From IMG/VR virus record IMGVR_UViG_3300027744_000008: DNA of 64,000 nt. The stretch is one strand, 5' to 3'. The notes under the pieces were generated by a model that made no database searches, was not told where the DNA came from, and saw nothing but the letters and a program-made list of their open reading frames with translations. Made by a program: the position numbers and the translations under genes. Source of the stretch: a virus (taxonomy: Duplodnaviria; Heunggongvirae; Uroviricota; Caudoviricetes). This document shows, one piece after another, positions 28,298-38,658 of the stretch (position 1 is its first letter; each line of letters starts with the position of its first letter).

Positions 28298-30072
28298 GTT
28301 TAGCCCACAGCCCCAGGATAGTTACTAGTGGATTGGTCTTAGCAGTTGATGGAGCCAACACAAGATCATATCCTGGTACCGGAACCACTTGGTCCGACCT
28401 AAGCGGAAATAATAACACTGGAACGTTGGTCAGTAGTCCAACATATAATACTAGTAATGGTGGAACATTAGTGTTCAACGGGTCAAGTCAAAATATTAAT
28501 ATAACAGATTCTACATCTCTGCGGGTCACTGATACTTTTACTATAAGTGCGTGGGTGTATGCCGTTGATTTATCCGGCAGATACGGCATATTTTCCACCA
28601 GATACAACAACACAGCCGGAAGTTGGCAACTAGAAATTGGAACTGCCAACGGCGGCACAGGCCGCGTTGCAGTCACTGGAGTGGGAACAACATGGATATG
28701 GGAATCAGGTAATTCAGTGGTTACTTCAAATACTTGGTACCACATATGCTTTGTAAAACCCAACAATGCAACCGTTGGAGGATCTATGTACATTAACGGG
28801 ACATTACTAATTCCACTACAAACCACAGCATATACTATTATTAATAATTCCGATATAAAAACAATTGGCAACGGCACCAGTAACGGACAATTTTTTCCAG
28901 GTGGAATTGCAAACGTCACACTTTACAATCGAGCACTCACAGCAGACGAGGTAGCACAGAATTTTAATGCTCTACAAGCCAGACCCCTTCAAAATATAAC
29001 GGTAATAACTCTACCACCTAGAATTCAATTGCTGTCCGGGACTACCTACGATGCTACTAACTGCGGTGCCGTTGTATCAATTGATGCGCTCACTACTGAG
29101 CCACTGTATTCTATCCTGCCAACAGCGGGATTCTTAAGATATACTATTGCTAAATCTACTGGAAATCAAACTATCACCGTTGCATATTTAAGAAGCGGCA
29201 CTACAATTTCACAGTCTGCGTTCTCAACATTGGGACTTGCACTATCCTATAGTACCGCAGTTAGTAGTATTCTATTTTATGTAAACGATGACCACGATTC
29301 GTTGTTCATGGATGCTGATGGTGCAGGGGTGATTTCTAGAACTAACACATACTCATTTACCTCCAATTGGGATAAATTCCGAGGAACTACTGAAGTTATT
29401 ACAAATTCAACGTTAAACAGCGTAGTCTTATATCCCTCATTTGTTGCAGCGAGCTCAACAATAGTGTCATTCCCTAAAACAACCAGCGGCGTCTGGATTA
29501 ATTTAAGTGCAGGTACGTATAAAGTTAATAATCTTACAGTTCAAACAATGCCCGCAGCTATGTTAGCATTGGGGACCGGGGCGCCAGCAAATTTTCTATA
29601 CACAATATCAGACGGTGTTAATCAATTTATTGCTGGAAGATGGGGCTCTGCTACAGCAGCATTATGCACTGTAGATCTTACCACTGGAATAATATCAGCA
29701 ACAGCCATTACCTATACAATTACACCAACTCAAACCAACGCTGCTGAAGAAGATGCAGTGGGAACACAGTTATTTGCAGTCGATGGATCTGTATCTTTCT
29801 TGTTTAATACTGCCTTCTATTACGGCGGCATACGCCCGTGGAAAGATCTTGGAGGATCTCCAGTCAGCATCACCGGAAAAACACTATTTCTCGCTGGTAA
29901 TAGCACACAAAGCGACATGGATATCTTTGGCTCTATTGATGCCAGTGATAGATATGTATGGTTTGCAGACTGGGGACATGATAACGGTGGTTTATTCAAT
30001 GTAGGTAACGACAGTCAACTGGGTGTAAGGAAAACCAATATTATTCATATATCTGATTCCTATACAAATTAA
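28294..30072 (+). CDS. LamG-domain protein with unique C-terminal domain
   Basis: GLVLAVDGANTRSYPGTGTTWSDLSGN...WYHI...YNRALT motifs; ATGA coupling. Confidence 0.8.
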   Translation: MSLAHSPRIVTSGLVLAVDGANTRSYPGTGTTWSDLSGNNNTGTLVSSPTYNTSNGGTLVFNGSSQNINITDSTSLRVTDTFTISAWVYAVDLSGRYGIFSTRYNNTAGSWQLEIGTANGGTGRVAVTGVGTTWIWESGNSVVTSNTWYHICFVKPNNATVGGSMYINGTLLIPLQTTAYTIINNSDIKTIGNGTSNGQFFPGGIANVTLYNRALTADEVAQNFNALQARPLQNITVITLPPRIQLLSGTTYDATNCGAVVSIDALTTEPLYSILPTAGFLRYTIAKSTGNQTITVAYLRSGTTISQSAFSTLGLALSYSTAVSSILFYVNDDHDSLFMDADGAGVISRTNTYSFTSNWDKFRGTTEVITNSTLNSVVLYPSFVAASSTIVSFPKTTSGVWINLSAGTYKVNNLTVQTMPAAMLALGTGAPANFLYTISDGVNQFIAGRWGSATAALCTVDLTTGIISATAITYTITPTQTNAAEEDAVGTQLFAVDGSVSFLFNTAFYYGGIRPWKDLGGSPVSITGKTLFLAGNSTQSDMDIFGSIDASDRYVWFADWGHDNGGLFNVGNDSQLGVRKTNIIHISDSYTN

Positions 30073-30854
30073 TAATATGACAATTATAAGAAATACAACT
30101 TTATCTAATGTAGCACAGAATTTTAATGTTATTTTTGGGAGATACGGATTATGAGCATAATAGTAAGTCCAGATCTGGTAGAAACTGGATTGGTCTTAGC
30201 AGTTGATGGAGCCAACACAAGATCATATCCTGGTACCGGAACCACTTGGTCCGACCTAAGCGGAAATAATAACACTGGGACACTAGCTGGTAGTCCAACA
30301 TATAATACTAGTAACGGTGGAACATTAGTGTTCAACGGGTCAAGTCAAAATATTAATATAACAGATTCTACATCTCTGCAGGTCACCGATACTTTTACTA
30401 TAAGTGCGTGGGTACATGCCACTAATTTATCCGGCAGATACGGCATATTTTCCACTAGACTTGATAATCCATCCGGAAGTTGGCAACTAGAAATTGGAAC
30501 TGCCAACGGCGGCACAGGCCGCGTTGCAGTCACTGGAGTAGGAACATGGATATGGGAATCAGTTGATTCAGTGGTTACTTCGACTACTTGGTACCACATA
30601 TGCTTTGTAAAACCCAACAATGCAACTGTTGGGGGATCTATGTACATTAACGGGACATTACTAATTCCACTACAAACCACAGCATATACTATTATTAATA
30701 ATTCTAGTGTAAAAACAATTGGCAACGGCACCAGTAACGGACAATTTTTTCCAGGTGGAATTGCAAACGTCACACTTTACAATCGAGCACTCACAGCAGG
30801 CGAAGTACAACAAAATTACAATGCCCTACAAGCCAGATACCTTCGAAATATAAC
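28329..30854 (+). repeat. ~670-bp near-identical duplication of the LamG module (28329-29000 vs 30186-30854)
   Basis: Long runs of nucleotide identity with clustered substitutions and one 3-nt indel. Confidence 0.9.
30077..30154 (+). pseudogene. 25-codon collapsed remnant of a LamG-family gene (MTIIRNTTLSNVAQNFNVIFGRYGL)
   Basis: Not in the ORF track. 19-nt exact match of 30110-30128 to 28951-28969; GRYGL end mirrors GRFGL of 27602-28297; retains ATGA overlap with the next gene. Confidence 0.65.
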
Positions 30855-31470
30855 ACCACCTTTTGTAGGAGCACAATTTTCTTCTGCCGACGGGATTCTT
30901 GAAAGCACAATTACTGTTCCGGCAGGATCAACCGTATCGACTACATTATATCTTTGGATAGTCTTTGAAAACTCTAGCTTTGGCAGACCTGCTATTTCTG
31001 GATTTTCAATATTAACTAGCGGCAACGGCTTCCAAAGTGGATCTAACATCGACGGCCCACCTTCAACTTGGATACTTTATAAAGGAACAACTGCGCTTAG
31101 TAGTGTAACTATACCTAATGCTGCACTATTTGGAGGATTTGCAGCTACTATTTTAGGATTTAATTCAGTTACTAGCGAATCTACTTTAGTTTTAGGTAAT
31201 AACAGCGCCGTTGCCCTATCTATTCCGGTAACAAAAACTAGCTCACAAATTTCAGCTGTGCTATCTTGCTACAACATGGGAGTAGACATTATTGGTTCAG
31301 TGACACAAACTGGATTTACCACAACGGGAACTTATTTGCAAGCTAACGGAGCACCCGCCGGCCGTGGATGTGCATACGGACTGGATACTAGCACAGCTTC
31401 GTCAGGTACATATACTATTTCACCACCACCTGCAGCAGGATATTATTCTGTTAGAATTAACATCAGTTAA
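30151..31470 (+). CDS. LamG-domain protein, paralogue of 28294-30072 with a different C-terminus
   Basis: First ~230 aa nearly identical to the upstream paralogue, unrelated afterwards. Confidence 0.8.
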   Translation: MSIIVSPDLVETGLVLAVDGANTRSYPGTGTTWSDLSGNNNTGTLAGSPTYNTSNGGTLVFNGSSQNINITDSTSLQVTDTFTISAWVHATNLSGRYGIFSTRLDNPSGSWQLEIGTANGGTGRVAVTGVGTWIWESVDSVVTSTTWYHICFVKPNNATVGGSMYINGTLLIPLQTTAYTIINNSSVKTIGNGTSNGQFFPGGIANVTLYNRALTAGEVQQNYNALQARYLRNITPPFVGAQFSSADGILESTITVPAGSTVSTTLYLWIVFENSSFGRPAISGFSILTSGNGFQSGSNIDGPPSTWILYKGTTALSSVTIPNAALFGGFAATILGFNSVTSESTLVLGNNSAVALSIPVTKTSSQISAVLSCYNMGVDIIGSVTQTGFTTTGTYLQANGAPAGRGCAYGLDTSTASSGTYTISPPPAAGYYSVRINIS

Positions 31471-31486
31471 AAACTAAATATAATAT

Positions 31487-32119
31487 ATGGCAAACTTAGA
31501 CAAAAATATTGTTATTACTCCTAATGTAGGCAGTACAACAGCACAGCCCAACATTGTTTTTACCGGACAAAACGCCGTTCCTATCACCTTAAGGGTAACA
31601 GACACTGGCGCCCTAAGCTGGGAAGGATCAGCTGGACAACTTTTTAGTATCACCAACAGCTTAACTGGTACATTGTTTAGTATCAACGATATATCGGGAT
31701 TGCCCATATTAGAAATAACAGATACACCTGCAATAGTGACCTATGCACCAATATCGGGCGCAGCTGGCTCTACTTTGATGACTGACATCAGCAATTTATG
31801 TGACGGTGATAGAACTGTATTTGATATTAAATCCGAGCAGACAATTATAAGTACAACCTATATAATCGATAGTAAAGATCTAGAAGTCACTGTTAACGGA
31901 CAGAGACTAACACCTTACACACTACCACAGCCCAGCGCTTGGATGCCGGCATTTGACTGCTATTCCAGTAAGATGTTTAGGGTAAGAGAAAATCGGCTAA
32001 TTATATACAACGCCCCAGATGTTGGCAGTCAAGTAAGCGTTGTAATAAGAAAGACAGCAGCATCAAAACAACAACAGAGATATCCGTTTAGACCAGCAAC
32101 AATCGCACTAGGAGATTAA
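31487..32119 (+). CDS. Putative fibre-associated structural protein
   Basis: 210 aa with LSWEGSAGQLFSITNSLTG motif; TAAATA at 31475-31480. Confidence 0.6.
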   Translation: MANLDKNIVITPNVGSTTAQPNIVFTGQNAVPITLRVTDTGALSWEGSAGQLFSITNSLTGTLFSINDISGLPILEITDTPAIVTYAPISGAAGSTLMTDISNLCDGDRTVFDIKSEQTIISTTYIIDSKDLEVTVNGQRLTPYTLPQPSAWMPAFDCYSSKMFRVRENRLIIYNAPDVGSQVSVVIRKTAASKQQQRYPFRPATIALGD

Positions 32120-32124
32120 TAAAA

Positions 32125-35007
32125 ATGGCCAAGCACGTAATTTTAGAAGCATACGCATTTACCCCAAGTACTCGCACAGTGGTGATCACGGGTAAAAACA
32201 TTAGAAGAGAACAACTGCTGCTAATCACCAACACCACTACCAATGTGGTAATTTATAACTTTAGTGATTCTGATCTAAAAGCAACCAGCTATGTCAACGC
32301 TGCCGATGCAACAACCGGTCAAGAAACAACCACAATAGTTCTAAACTATAATACAACATCGATGTCGGCTACTGACAAGTTGACTATCATGGTTGAAGAA
32401 ACTTATCAGGAAATTATCCCAAGTGAAGTAATGCGTGATCCAGTGGATAAATTGCGGGTGAGTACACCACAGTCATTGATTGACACTGACTTTGAATATG
32501 GTATGCAGCCCACAAAGTGGGACACTGTTAATTTATTAAACAATCGCCCAAGTGCATCCTACGATCCAACTCAGGGTATTAGTAATACTTCAAGAAGTGA
32601 TTTAACTTTTGTTGGCTCCAACACCAGTGCCTATCAAATTACCAACATGACATCAAGTCTTAAAGTGGTCACAGTGGCCATTGGTAATACCACTGGTATT
32701 ACCGCTGGACTACCTATCTACATTGTAGGTTCAGCAGACAACGCCAACGTCGACGGCTGGTGGTTAGTTGAAACTGTCAGCGCCAACACTAACTTTACAT
32801 TTACTGTGACCAATACACCGATCACAACAGCATTATATGACGCCTTCAAAACTTATGTGTTTGTTGGTGCTTGGTTTAGCGGCTCACCCATTCCTCTTAC
32901 CAGTATTGTAATGAGCGGTACAGTAGGTACTGTGACTACCACTGGTGATCACGGACTACGTGTAGGTGACGCTTTTTACATTGTAGGTACAACAGGTACC
33001 AGCGGCGCAGCCACAGGTGCCGGCACCATTAACTCAAGTTGGGTAGTGGCCACAACTCCTACTAACAGTACGTTCACATTTGCCGCTGTGTCCAATGCTG
33101 TTACAGCCACACTAGCCGCTGGCGCCAACGCAACATTGTATCCACGTGCCTTGGGCTACGTACAACACAGACCATTTGACGGCGGTGTGTCATTTAGTAA
33201 TGAAACTGCTGCACATGGTTATCAAGTTGTCCGCCAGACAAGACGACAATTTCGTTATCAATCTGGTAAAGGCAGTCAATTCTCAACTGGTAGCGTATTA
33301 AAACCGGCACTTATAATTGACAACATTACTTCAAGCAGTACCACAGTTACCGTAACTTCAAAATATGCTCACGGTCTAGGTCCAGGTGCATTTGTACGTG
33401 TTACAGGTTGTACTGAAACAGCCTATAACGGTACATTTGCTGTGGTCTCAACTCCAACACAGACAACCTTTACCTATACGGCATTGACCGCGCCCAGTGC
33501 AACACCGGCAACAGGTACCTGGATTGTAAGTCCATGGTCGTGGTACGGAAGCACCAACCGTGTCGGTATGTTTGACAGCCAAAACGGATTCTTCTTTGAA
33601 TTTGATGGACAAACATTCTACGCTGTTAGACGCTCAAGCACATTTCAACTATCGGGAGTGGCCTCAGTTACTAATGCCAGCCAAAGTGTAACTGGTACAG
33701 GCACTAAATTTAGTAGTCAATTAAAGCCCGGTGACTCAATTGTTATTAGAGGTATGACATATTTTGTGCAAAACATTACCAGTGACACACAAATGTATAT
33801 CTATCCAGAATACAGGGGCGTTACCAACAGTTTAATTACGATAAGTAAAACTATTGATACACGCTATGCACAGAGCACATGGAACATTGATCGTTGTGAC
33901 GGAACTGGTGCAAGTTTATTCAACTTAGATCTAACACGTATGCAGATGTTCTATATTGACTTTACATGGTACGGTGCAGGCGCTATCCGCTTTGGATTTA
34001 AAAATGCACGTGGTGAAGTATTTTACTGTCACAGGATTACCAACAGTAACGTTAACCCAGAAGCATATATGCGTAGTGGTAACTTAGTTGCTCGTTACGA
34101 AACTAACACCGTACCTTATAGAACATTTTTAACAGCCGCTTGGGGTATTAGTACTAGCACTGGCGCAATCTCAGTAGCAGATACTACAGGTTGGCCAGCC
34201 AGCGGCACTGTGGTTGTTAAAGCCTCGGCTGCAACCGGCGCGGCCATGGAGTATATGACTTACTCAAGCAAGACCACTACTTCGTTAACTATTAGCGCTC
34301 GAGCACAAACAGGTGGCGCCAGTGCCACTGCATTTACATACTCAGCAACTGCTCCTATCCTAATAGAACTATACAGTCCACAGGCTGCAAGCCAAATTGG
34401 TCACTGGGGTAGTGCTGTTATCATGGACGGACGTTTTGATGATGATAAATCACTAATATTCGTTGCTGGAATGCAACGTACACGGACTATTACCAACGTG
34501 GCACAAGATGTCACTGTGCCTTTGATTAGTATTCGTGTTGCCCCAACTGTTGATAATGGTTTAACAGGTATATTGGGAGCAAGAGAAATTATTAACCGTA
34601 TGCAGTTAACAATGCGTAGTATGAGTTGTCAGACTACTGGTACTAATATGGTATTCTTAGTTTCTCTGCGTTTAAATGGTCGTGTCAGCACAGGAACATT
34701 CAACGCAGTTGGTGGATCTAGTCTAGCGCAGGTAGCGTATCACGGAAGTGGCGCAACAATCAGTGGCGGAGAAGATATATTTGGTTTCTACACAAATACT
34801 CCGGGTGTTACTGCTCAAGATTTGCAAGCAGTTCGAGACATCGGTAACAGTATTTTAGGTGGCGGTACAAACAACACATGCCCAACTAATGCTACTAATC
34901 TGTATCCAGACGGACCAGATATTATTACAATTTGTGCCACAAACATTACCACTATTGCAACCAACTCAATTAACGCACGTATTTCGTGGACAGAAGCACA
35001 GGCCTAA
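32125..35007 (+). CDS. Large virion structural protein
   Basis: 960 aa, SD AGGAG. KLRVSTPQSLIDTDFEYG, RYQSGKG, WYGAGAIRFG and YMRSGNL motifs recur in large-phage structural proteins; HGL..G modules. Confidence 0.7.
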   Translation: MAKHVILEAYAFTPSTRTVVITGKNIRREQLLLITNTTTNVVIYNFSDSDLKATSYVNAADATTGQETTTIVLNYNTTSMSATDKLTIMVEETYQEIIPSEVMRDPVDKLRVSTPQSLIDTDFEYGMQPTKWDTVNLLNNRPSASYDPTQGISNTSRSDLTFVGSNTSAYQITNMTSSLKVVTVAIGNTTGITAGLPIYIVGSADNANVDGWWLVETVSANTNFTFTVTNTPITTALYDAFKTYVFVGAWFSGSPIPLTSIVMSGTVGTVTTTGDHGLRVGDAFYIVGTTGTSGAATGAGTINSSWVVATTPTNSTFTFAAVSNAVTATLAAGANATLYPRALGYVQHRPFDGGVSFSNETAAHGYQVVRQTRRQFRYQSGKGSQFSTGSVLKPALIIDNITSSSTTVTVTSKYAHGLGPGAFVRVTGCTETAYNGTFAVVSTPTQTTFTYTALTAPSATPATGTWIVSPWSWYGSTNRVGMFDSQNGFFFEFDGQTFYAVRRSSTFQLSGVASVTNASQSVTGTGTKFSSQLKPGDSIVIRGMTYFVQNITSDTQMYIYPEYRGVTNSLITISKTIDTRYAQSTWNIDRCDGTGASLFNLDLTRMQMFYIDFTWYGAGAIRFGFKNARGEVFYCHRITNSNVNPEAYMRSGNLVARYETNTVPYRTFLTAAWGISTSTGAISVADTTGWPASGTVVVKASAATGAAMEYMTYSSKTTTSLTISARAQTGGASATAFTYSATAPILIELYSPQAASQIGHWGSAVIMDGRFDDDKSLIFVAGMQRTRTITNVAQDVTVPLISIRVAPTVDNGLTGILGAREIINRMQLTMRSMSCQTTGTNMVFLVSLRLNGRVSTGTFNAVGGSSLAQVAYHGSGATISGGEDIFGFYTNTPGVTAQDLQAVRDIGNSILGGGTNNTCPTNATNLYPDGPDIITICATNITTIATNSINARISWTEAQA

Positions 35008-35020
35008 CGGGAGACACAAC

Positions 35021-35404
35021 GTGGCAACTAGAGACTATGGCGTACATCAAGTTACTTCAACTGCTATCAGTAGTGGCAAAGTTGGTGACGAATACTACAA
35101 TCCCACAACCAACAAGCTGTACAAGTATGTGGCTCATAATGGTACCAGTCCTGCTTATGCAGAAACACTGACAGCAGATGCCCTTGGCAACATAGGTTTT
35201 AGCAAGACTGCTGCCTACAAACTTGATGTTGCTGGCACTGTGAATGCCGCCGCCATGAGAGCCGGGGTATTCCTCACCGGACAGTACATTGACAGTAATA
35301 TTTCTATCAGTGGCGGCAGTAATGGACTAAGTGTTGGCCCATTAACTCTAGCAGCGGGAGTTACACTGACTGTGACTCCAGGACAGAGACATATTATTCT
35401 ATGA
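35021..35404 (+). CDS. Small fibre-associated protein (GTG start)
   Basis: GGGAGA SD then GTG at 35021, in frame with the longer track ORF; avoids overlap with the previous gene. Confidence 0.6.
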   Translation: MATRDYGVHQVTSTAISSGKVGDEYYNPTTNKLYKYVAHNGTSPAYAETLTADALGNIGFSKTAAYKLDVAGTVNAAAMRAGVFLTGQYIDSNISISGGSNGLSVGPLTLAAGVTLTVTPGQRHIIL

Positions 35405-36525
35405 CCACACTGATTACCAGCACAACTCTAACCAGTGGATATCAACTAATTGCTGATGCCACAGGCACATTGGTCATACAAACAGGCAGTGGTCTCAGCA
35501 CATCTTTATATGTCGATAGTACTCAGATAAAATTTTACACTGCTAACACAGAACGGTTAAAGATCGATACCAACGGTATGCAAACTAGTACTATTGCAGG
35601 TTTTCAATTTACTGAAAGTTCCGGCGTATACACTCCTGTAGGTAAAACTAGATTGACCTATGCAGCCACAGGCGCACAGCAAAGTTTAACTATTCCTGCT
35701 GGTATAAACTACATATTTGCCAAACTATGGGGTGCTGGAACCGGCGGCGGCAATACCGGCGGGTGGTCATTTGGCAGTCCCGGTGGTGGTGGTGGACACT
35801 CCTACGGTATAATCCCAGTAACTCCGGGTGCAACCTACTATATTGTTGTTGGCGCAGCAGGACAGACAAACTATACAAGCAGTACTACACTGGGCTATGG
35901 CGGTGGTGGCGGCCTGAATGGCACTGCTGATAATCGATGGGCTAGCTCAGGCGGCGGCTATACTGGAATATTCAACAGTGTGACTCCTTCACAGGGTGCT
36001 GCATTATTAATTGCTGGTGGCGCAGGTGGCGGCGGGGCAAGTAGACAGGGTTTTGGCAACGCAGGTGGCGCAGGCGGCGGATCAACAGGCCAAGATGGCG
36101 GCAGTCCCTACGATGCTAAATCAGCGTTTGGCGGCAAGGGCGGCACACAGAGCGCAGGCGGCGTCGGCGGCACTGGCGGCAGTGCAGGCGGAGCATTATT
36201 TGGTGGCGCAGGTGGTGTCGGAAACACTTACGGTGGTGGTGGTGGTGGCGGATATTGGGGCGGTGGCGGTGGCAGCTATAGTGAATCAAATACCATGGCA
36301 GGTGCCGGAGGCGGCAGTGGATTCGTTGGAGCAAGTGTGTTAATGGGTGCAACATTCACAGGCGCAGGACAAATTCCTGCATTCTCCTTTGATAACGATC
36401 TTGCTAAAAGTATAGATACCTATAGAGGTTGCATGCCTTATGCCTATGGCGGCCATAGTAATGGAACTACCGCACAGTTATCTAACACCTATGGCGGCAG
36501 TGGCTATGTGGTTATATACTATTAA
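35401..36525 (+). CDS. Gly-rich domain tail fibre/adhesin
   Basis: TERLKID linker, IPAGINYIFAKLWGAG...GGGGG Gly-rich domain, GGSGYVVIYY end. Confidence 0.7.
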   Translation: MTTLITSTTLTSGYQLIADATGTLVIQTGSGLSTSLYVDSTQIKFYTANTERLKIDTNGMQTSTIAGFQFTESSGVYTPVGKTRLTYAATGAQQSLTIPAGINYIFAKLWGAGTGGGNTGGWSFGSPGGGGGHSYGIIPVTPGATYYIVVGAAGQTNYTSSTTLGYGGGGGLNGTADNRWASSGGGYTGIFNSVTPSQGAALLIAGGAGGGGASRQGFGNAGGAGGGSTGQDGGSPYDAKSAFGGKGGTQSAGGVGGTGGSAGGALFGGAGGVGNTYGGGGGGGYWGGGGGSYSESNTMAGAGGGSGFVGASVLMGATFTGAGQIPAFSFDNDLAKSIDTYRGCMPYAYGGHSNGTTAQLSNTYGGSGYVVIYY

Positions 36526-36538
36526 TAGGAATTAAATT

Positions 36539-37447
36539 GTGGCACTGGTCCTTGACGGAACACTTGGCTTAACCTATACTGGCGATACAGCAGCCAGTAA
36601 TAATCTCTCAATACCTGGCAATGTTGGTATTGGTACAGCATCACCTGGCGCACGATTAGAAGTCAAAGGTAGTTCTTCAGATAACGCCACAATCAATATT
36701 AACAATAACAGTGGTAATATTTGGAAACTGTGGAATGACAATGGTGCAAGTGGTTTAAATATTCAGTACAACGGAACAACACGGCTTGTTATTGATGCCA
36801 GCGGCAATGTAGGCATTAATACCACAGTAATGAATGTCTTTGATGCCGTGGCCGTTAACAGACCCTTAGTTGTAGCACGATCAGATACTAGTACCAGTAG
36901 CATTGGCAGTGCTGCTTCTATAACTATTAGTAATCTTGATACAACAACTAATAATGTTTCTCAAATAAACTTTGCTGCAATCACTGGTGCAAATACTAAT
37001 CATTTTTCATCGGCAATTATTTCTTCTATTCACGGCGCAAGAACCAACGGGCAATATCCAACTGGTATATTAACATTCTCAACATCAACAGCTCTTAATA
37101 ATGCGCCAAGTGAAAAATTAAGAATTACATCAGCTGGAACCTTAGCAATCACTCAGACTGCTGGAACAAACACTATTGATGTATCAGGTAACGCTACTAG
37201 CATTGCCAATGGCGGAACTGTTGGATTTGCCAACGCATCAGGTATGTTAGTTGTTAATAATCATACTAACGGAAATATAACAATATTCTTAGGTGGCGGT
37301 GGAATTACTAGTGTAGTATCTTCAGTGGGTGGACAAGTGGGCACATTTGCCTATACCTCCGGTAATGCCGGCTATACTTGGACCAGCAACTACGGAGCAA
37401 CTGCTACTTACGCATTTTATTTTTTAAAGACTAGACCAACAGCCTAA
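36539..37447 (+). CDS. Short tail fibre-like protein
   Basis: GNVGIGT.SP...LEV.G repeats and EKLRITS.G motif; N-terminus shared with 37646-38368. Confidence 0.7.
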   Translation: MALVLDGTLGLTYTGDTAASNNLSIPGNVGIGTASPGARLEVKGSSSDNATININNNSGNIWKLWNDNGASGLNIQYNGTTRLVIDASGNVGINTTVMNVFDAVAVNRPLVVARSDTSTSSIGSAASITISNLDTTTNNVSQINFAAITGANTNHFSSAIISSIHGARTNGQYPTGILTFSTSTALNNAPSEKLRITSAGTLAITQTAGTNTIDVSGNATSIANGGTVGFANASGMLVVNNHTNGNITIFLGGGGITSVVSSVGGQVGTFAYTSGNAGYTWTSNYGATATYAFYFLKTRPTA

Positions 37448-37456
37448 GGATAATTT

Positions 37457-37642
37457 ATGGAATATACAAGTACAAAAATTGAAGGTCACCCACTAATGTA
37501 CAGAATAGAAACAGCGTATAACGATACCAGTATTCATTTTAATGTTGTCTGTGGAGTTGACGACTCTGAAATACCAGATCTTGTTGCACATCATATAGAA
37601 TATTTAGATTCTTTAAAAACAACGGATCAAATTGAGGAATAA
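37457..37642 (+). CDS. Small hypothetical protein, possible fibre chaperone/partner
   Basis: 61-aa acidic ORF with SD AAGGA directly after a fibre gene. Confidence 0.55.
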   Translation: MEYTSTKIEGHPLMYRIETAYNDTSIHFNVVCGVDDSEIPDLVAHHIEYLDSLKTTDQIEE

Positions 37643-37645
37643 CTA

Positions 37646-38368
37646 ATGGCAATAGTACTAGATGGCACACTTGGATTAACATATACCGGCGATACAGCGG
37701 CCAGTAATAATCTTGCCGTACCTGGTAATGTTGGTGTTGGTACTAGTTCGCCAGTTTCAAATACAAATCAAAAAAGTGTTACTATTAACGGAACGAGTTT
37801 TAGTCGTGTTGATTTTCAAGTTGGCGGGTCATCAACAGCGTATATATATTCTGGCTTGTCAAATACAAATCTTGGAACAATTGGGGCCACAGCCATTGCG
37901 TTTGATACAAATTCAACAGAACGTATGCGTATTGATACCTCTGGTAGATTCACATTAGCTAGTCAGCCATTCTTTTATGCTACATTGACTGTTGCACAAA
38001 CAGGATATAATTCAGCAAGTACAGGAGATGTGGTTGTAATTTATAATTCAACTACTACAAATACAGGCAGTCATTATAATACAGCAACCGGTAAATTTAC
38101 TGCACCCGTTGCAGGAAATTATATATTTCACGCATCAGCATACGCCTCGGGATCTTCATTTCAGCAAAATTGGCTAGTTGTAAATGGATCAAGGATAACT
38201 GGTACTGACTGGGTACATGCCTCTTCAACTATGTCGCTAGGTTTTTGGTTGATAAAACTTGCGGCAAATGATACTGTGGGATTTCATGCGTACAATGGAG
38301 GAGTAACAAGTACAACAATTAATACTAATAGTGAACACACTTATTTTCGCGGATATTTATTAAGTTAA
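37646..38368 (+). CDS. Short fibre with C1q/TNF-like C-terminal domain
   Basis: YNTATGKFTAPVAGNYIF...VNG...KLAANDTV...TYFRGYLL matches the C1q globular-domain pattern. Confidence 0.75.
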   Translation: MAIVLDGTLGLTYTGDTAASNNLAVPGNVGVGTSSPVSNTNQKSVTINGTSFSRVDFQVGGSSTAYIYSGLSNTNLGTIGATAIAFDTNSTERMRIDTSGRFTLASQPFFYATLTVAQTGYNSASTGDVVVIYNSTTTNTGSHYNTATGKFTAPVAGNYIFHASAYASGSSFQQNWLVVNGSRITGTDWVHASSTMSLGFWLIKLAANDTVGFHAYNGGVTSTTINTNSEHTYFRGYLLS

Positions 38369-38376
38369 GGAAACTC

Positions 38377-38640
38377 ATGACAACATATACAGTGACATTA
38401 TCACAAGCAGAGGATCTAGCACTTGGCTATGTGGCCTACAGTCAAGACGATTGGATTCAAACTGCCGCACACGAAAGATGCAGAGTGGCCATTGAAGAAA
38501 TTGTAAGAATTTGTGTGGAAAAATGTTTAGAAAATAACATACAAATTCCCGGCAGCAAAGAAGACATGGTCTTACTGGCTTTTGAACAAGCGTGGGTTAT
38601 TTCTTCCGCTGATAGAATTGCTGCTTCAACACCTATATAA
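38377..38640 (+). CDS. Small hypothetical protein, possible fibre partner
   Basis: 87 aa with SD AAGGA, follows the C1q-like fibre gene. Confidence 0.6.
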   Translation: MTTYTVTLSQAEDLALGYVAYSQDDWIQTAAHERCRVAIEEIVRICVEKCLENNIQIPGSKEDMVLLAFEQAWVISSADRIAASTPI

Positions 38641-38658
38641 TGAACAACTAAATACACT

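Noticed and set aside
28329-30854. Template/variable repeat pair of a diversity-generating retroelement
   Set aside because: Mismatches are not adenine-specific, both copies are coding N-terminal domains, and no reverse transcriptase is in the window.
34859-35020. Upstream start for the 34859-35404 ORF
   Set aside because: It overlaps the preceding gene by ~150 nt; GTG at 35021 has a GGGAGA SD.
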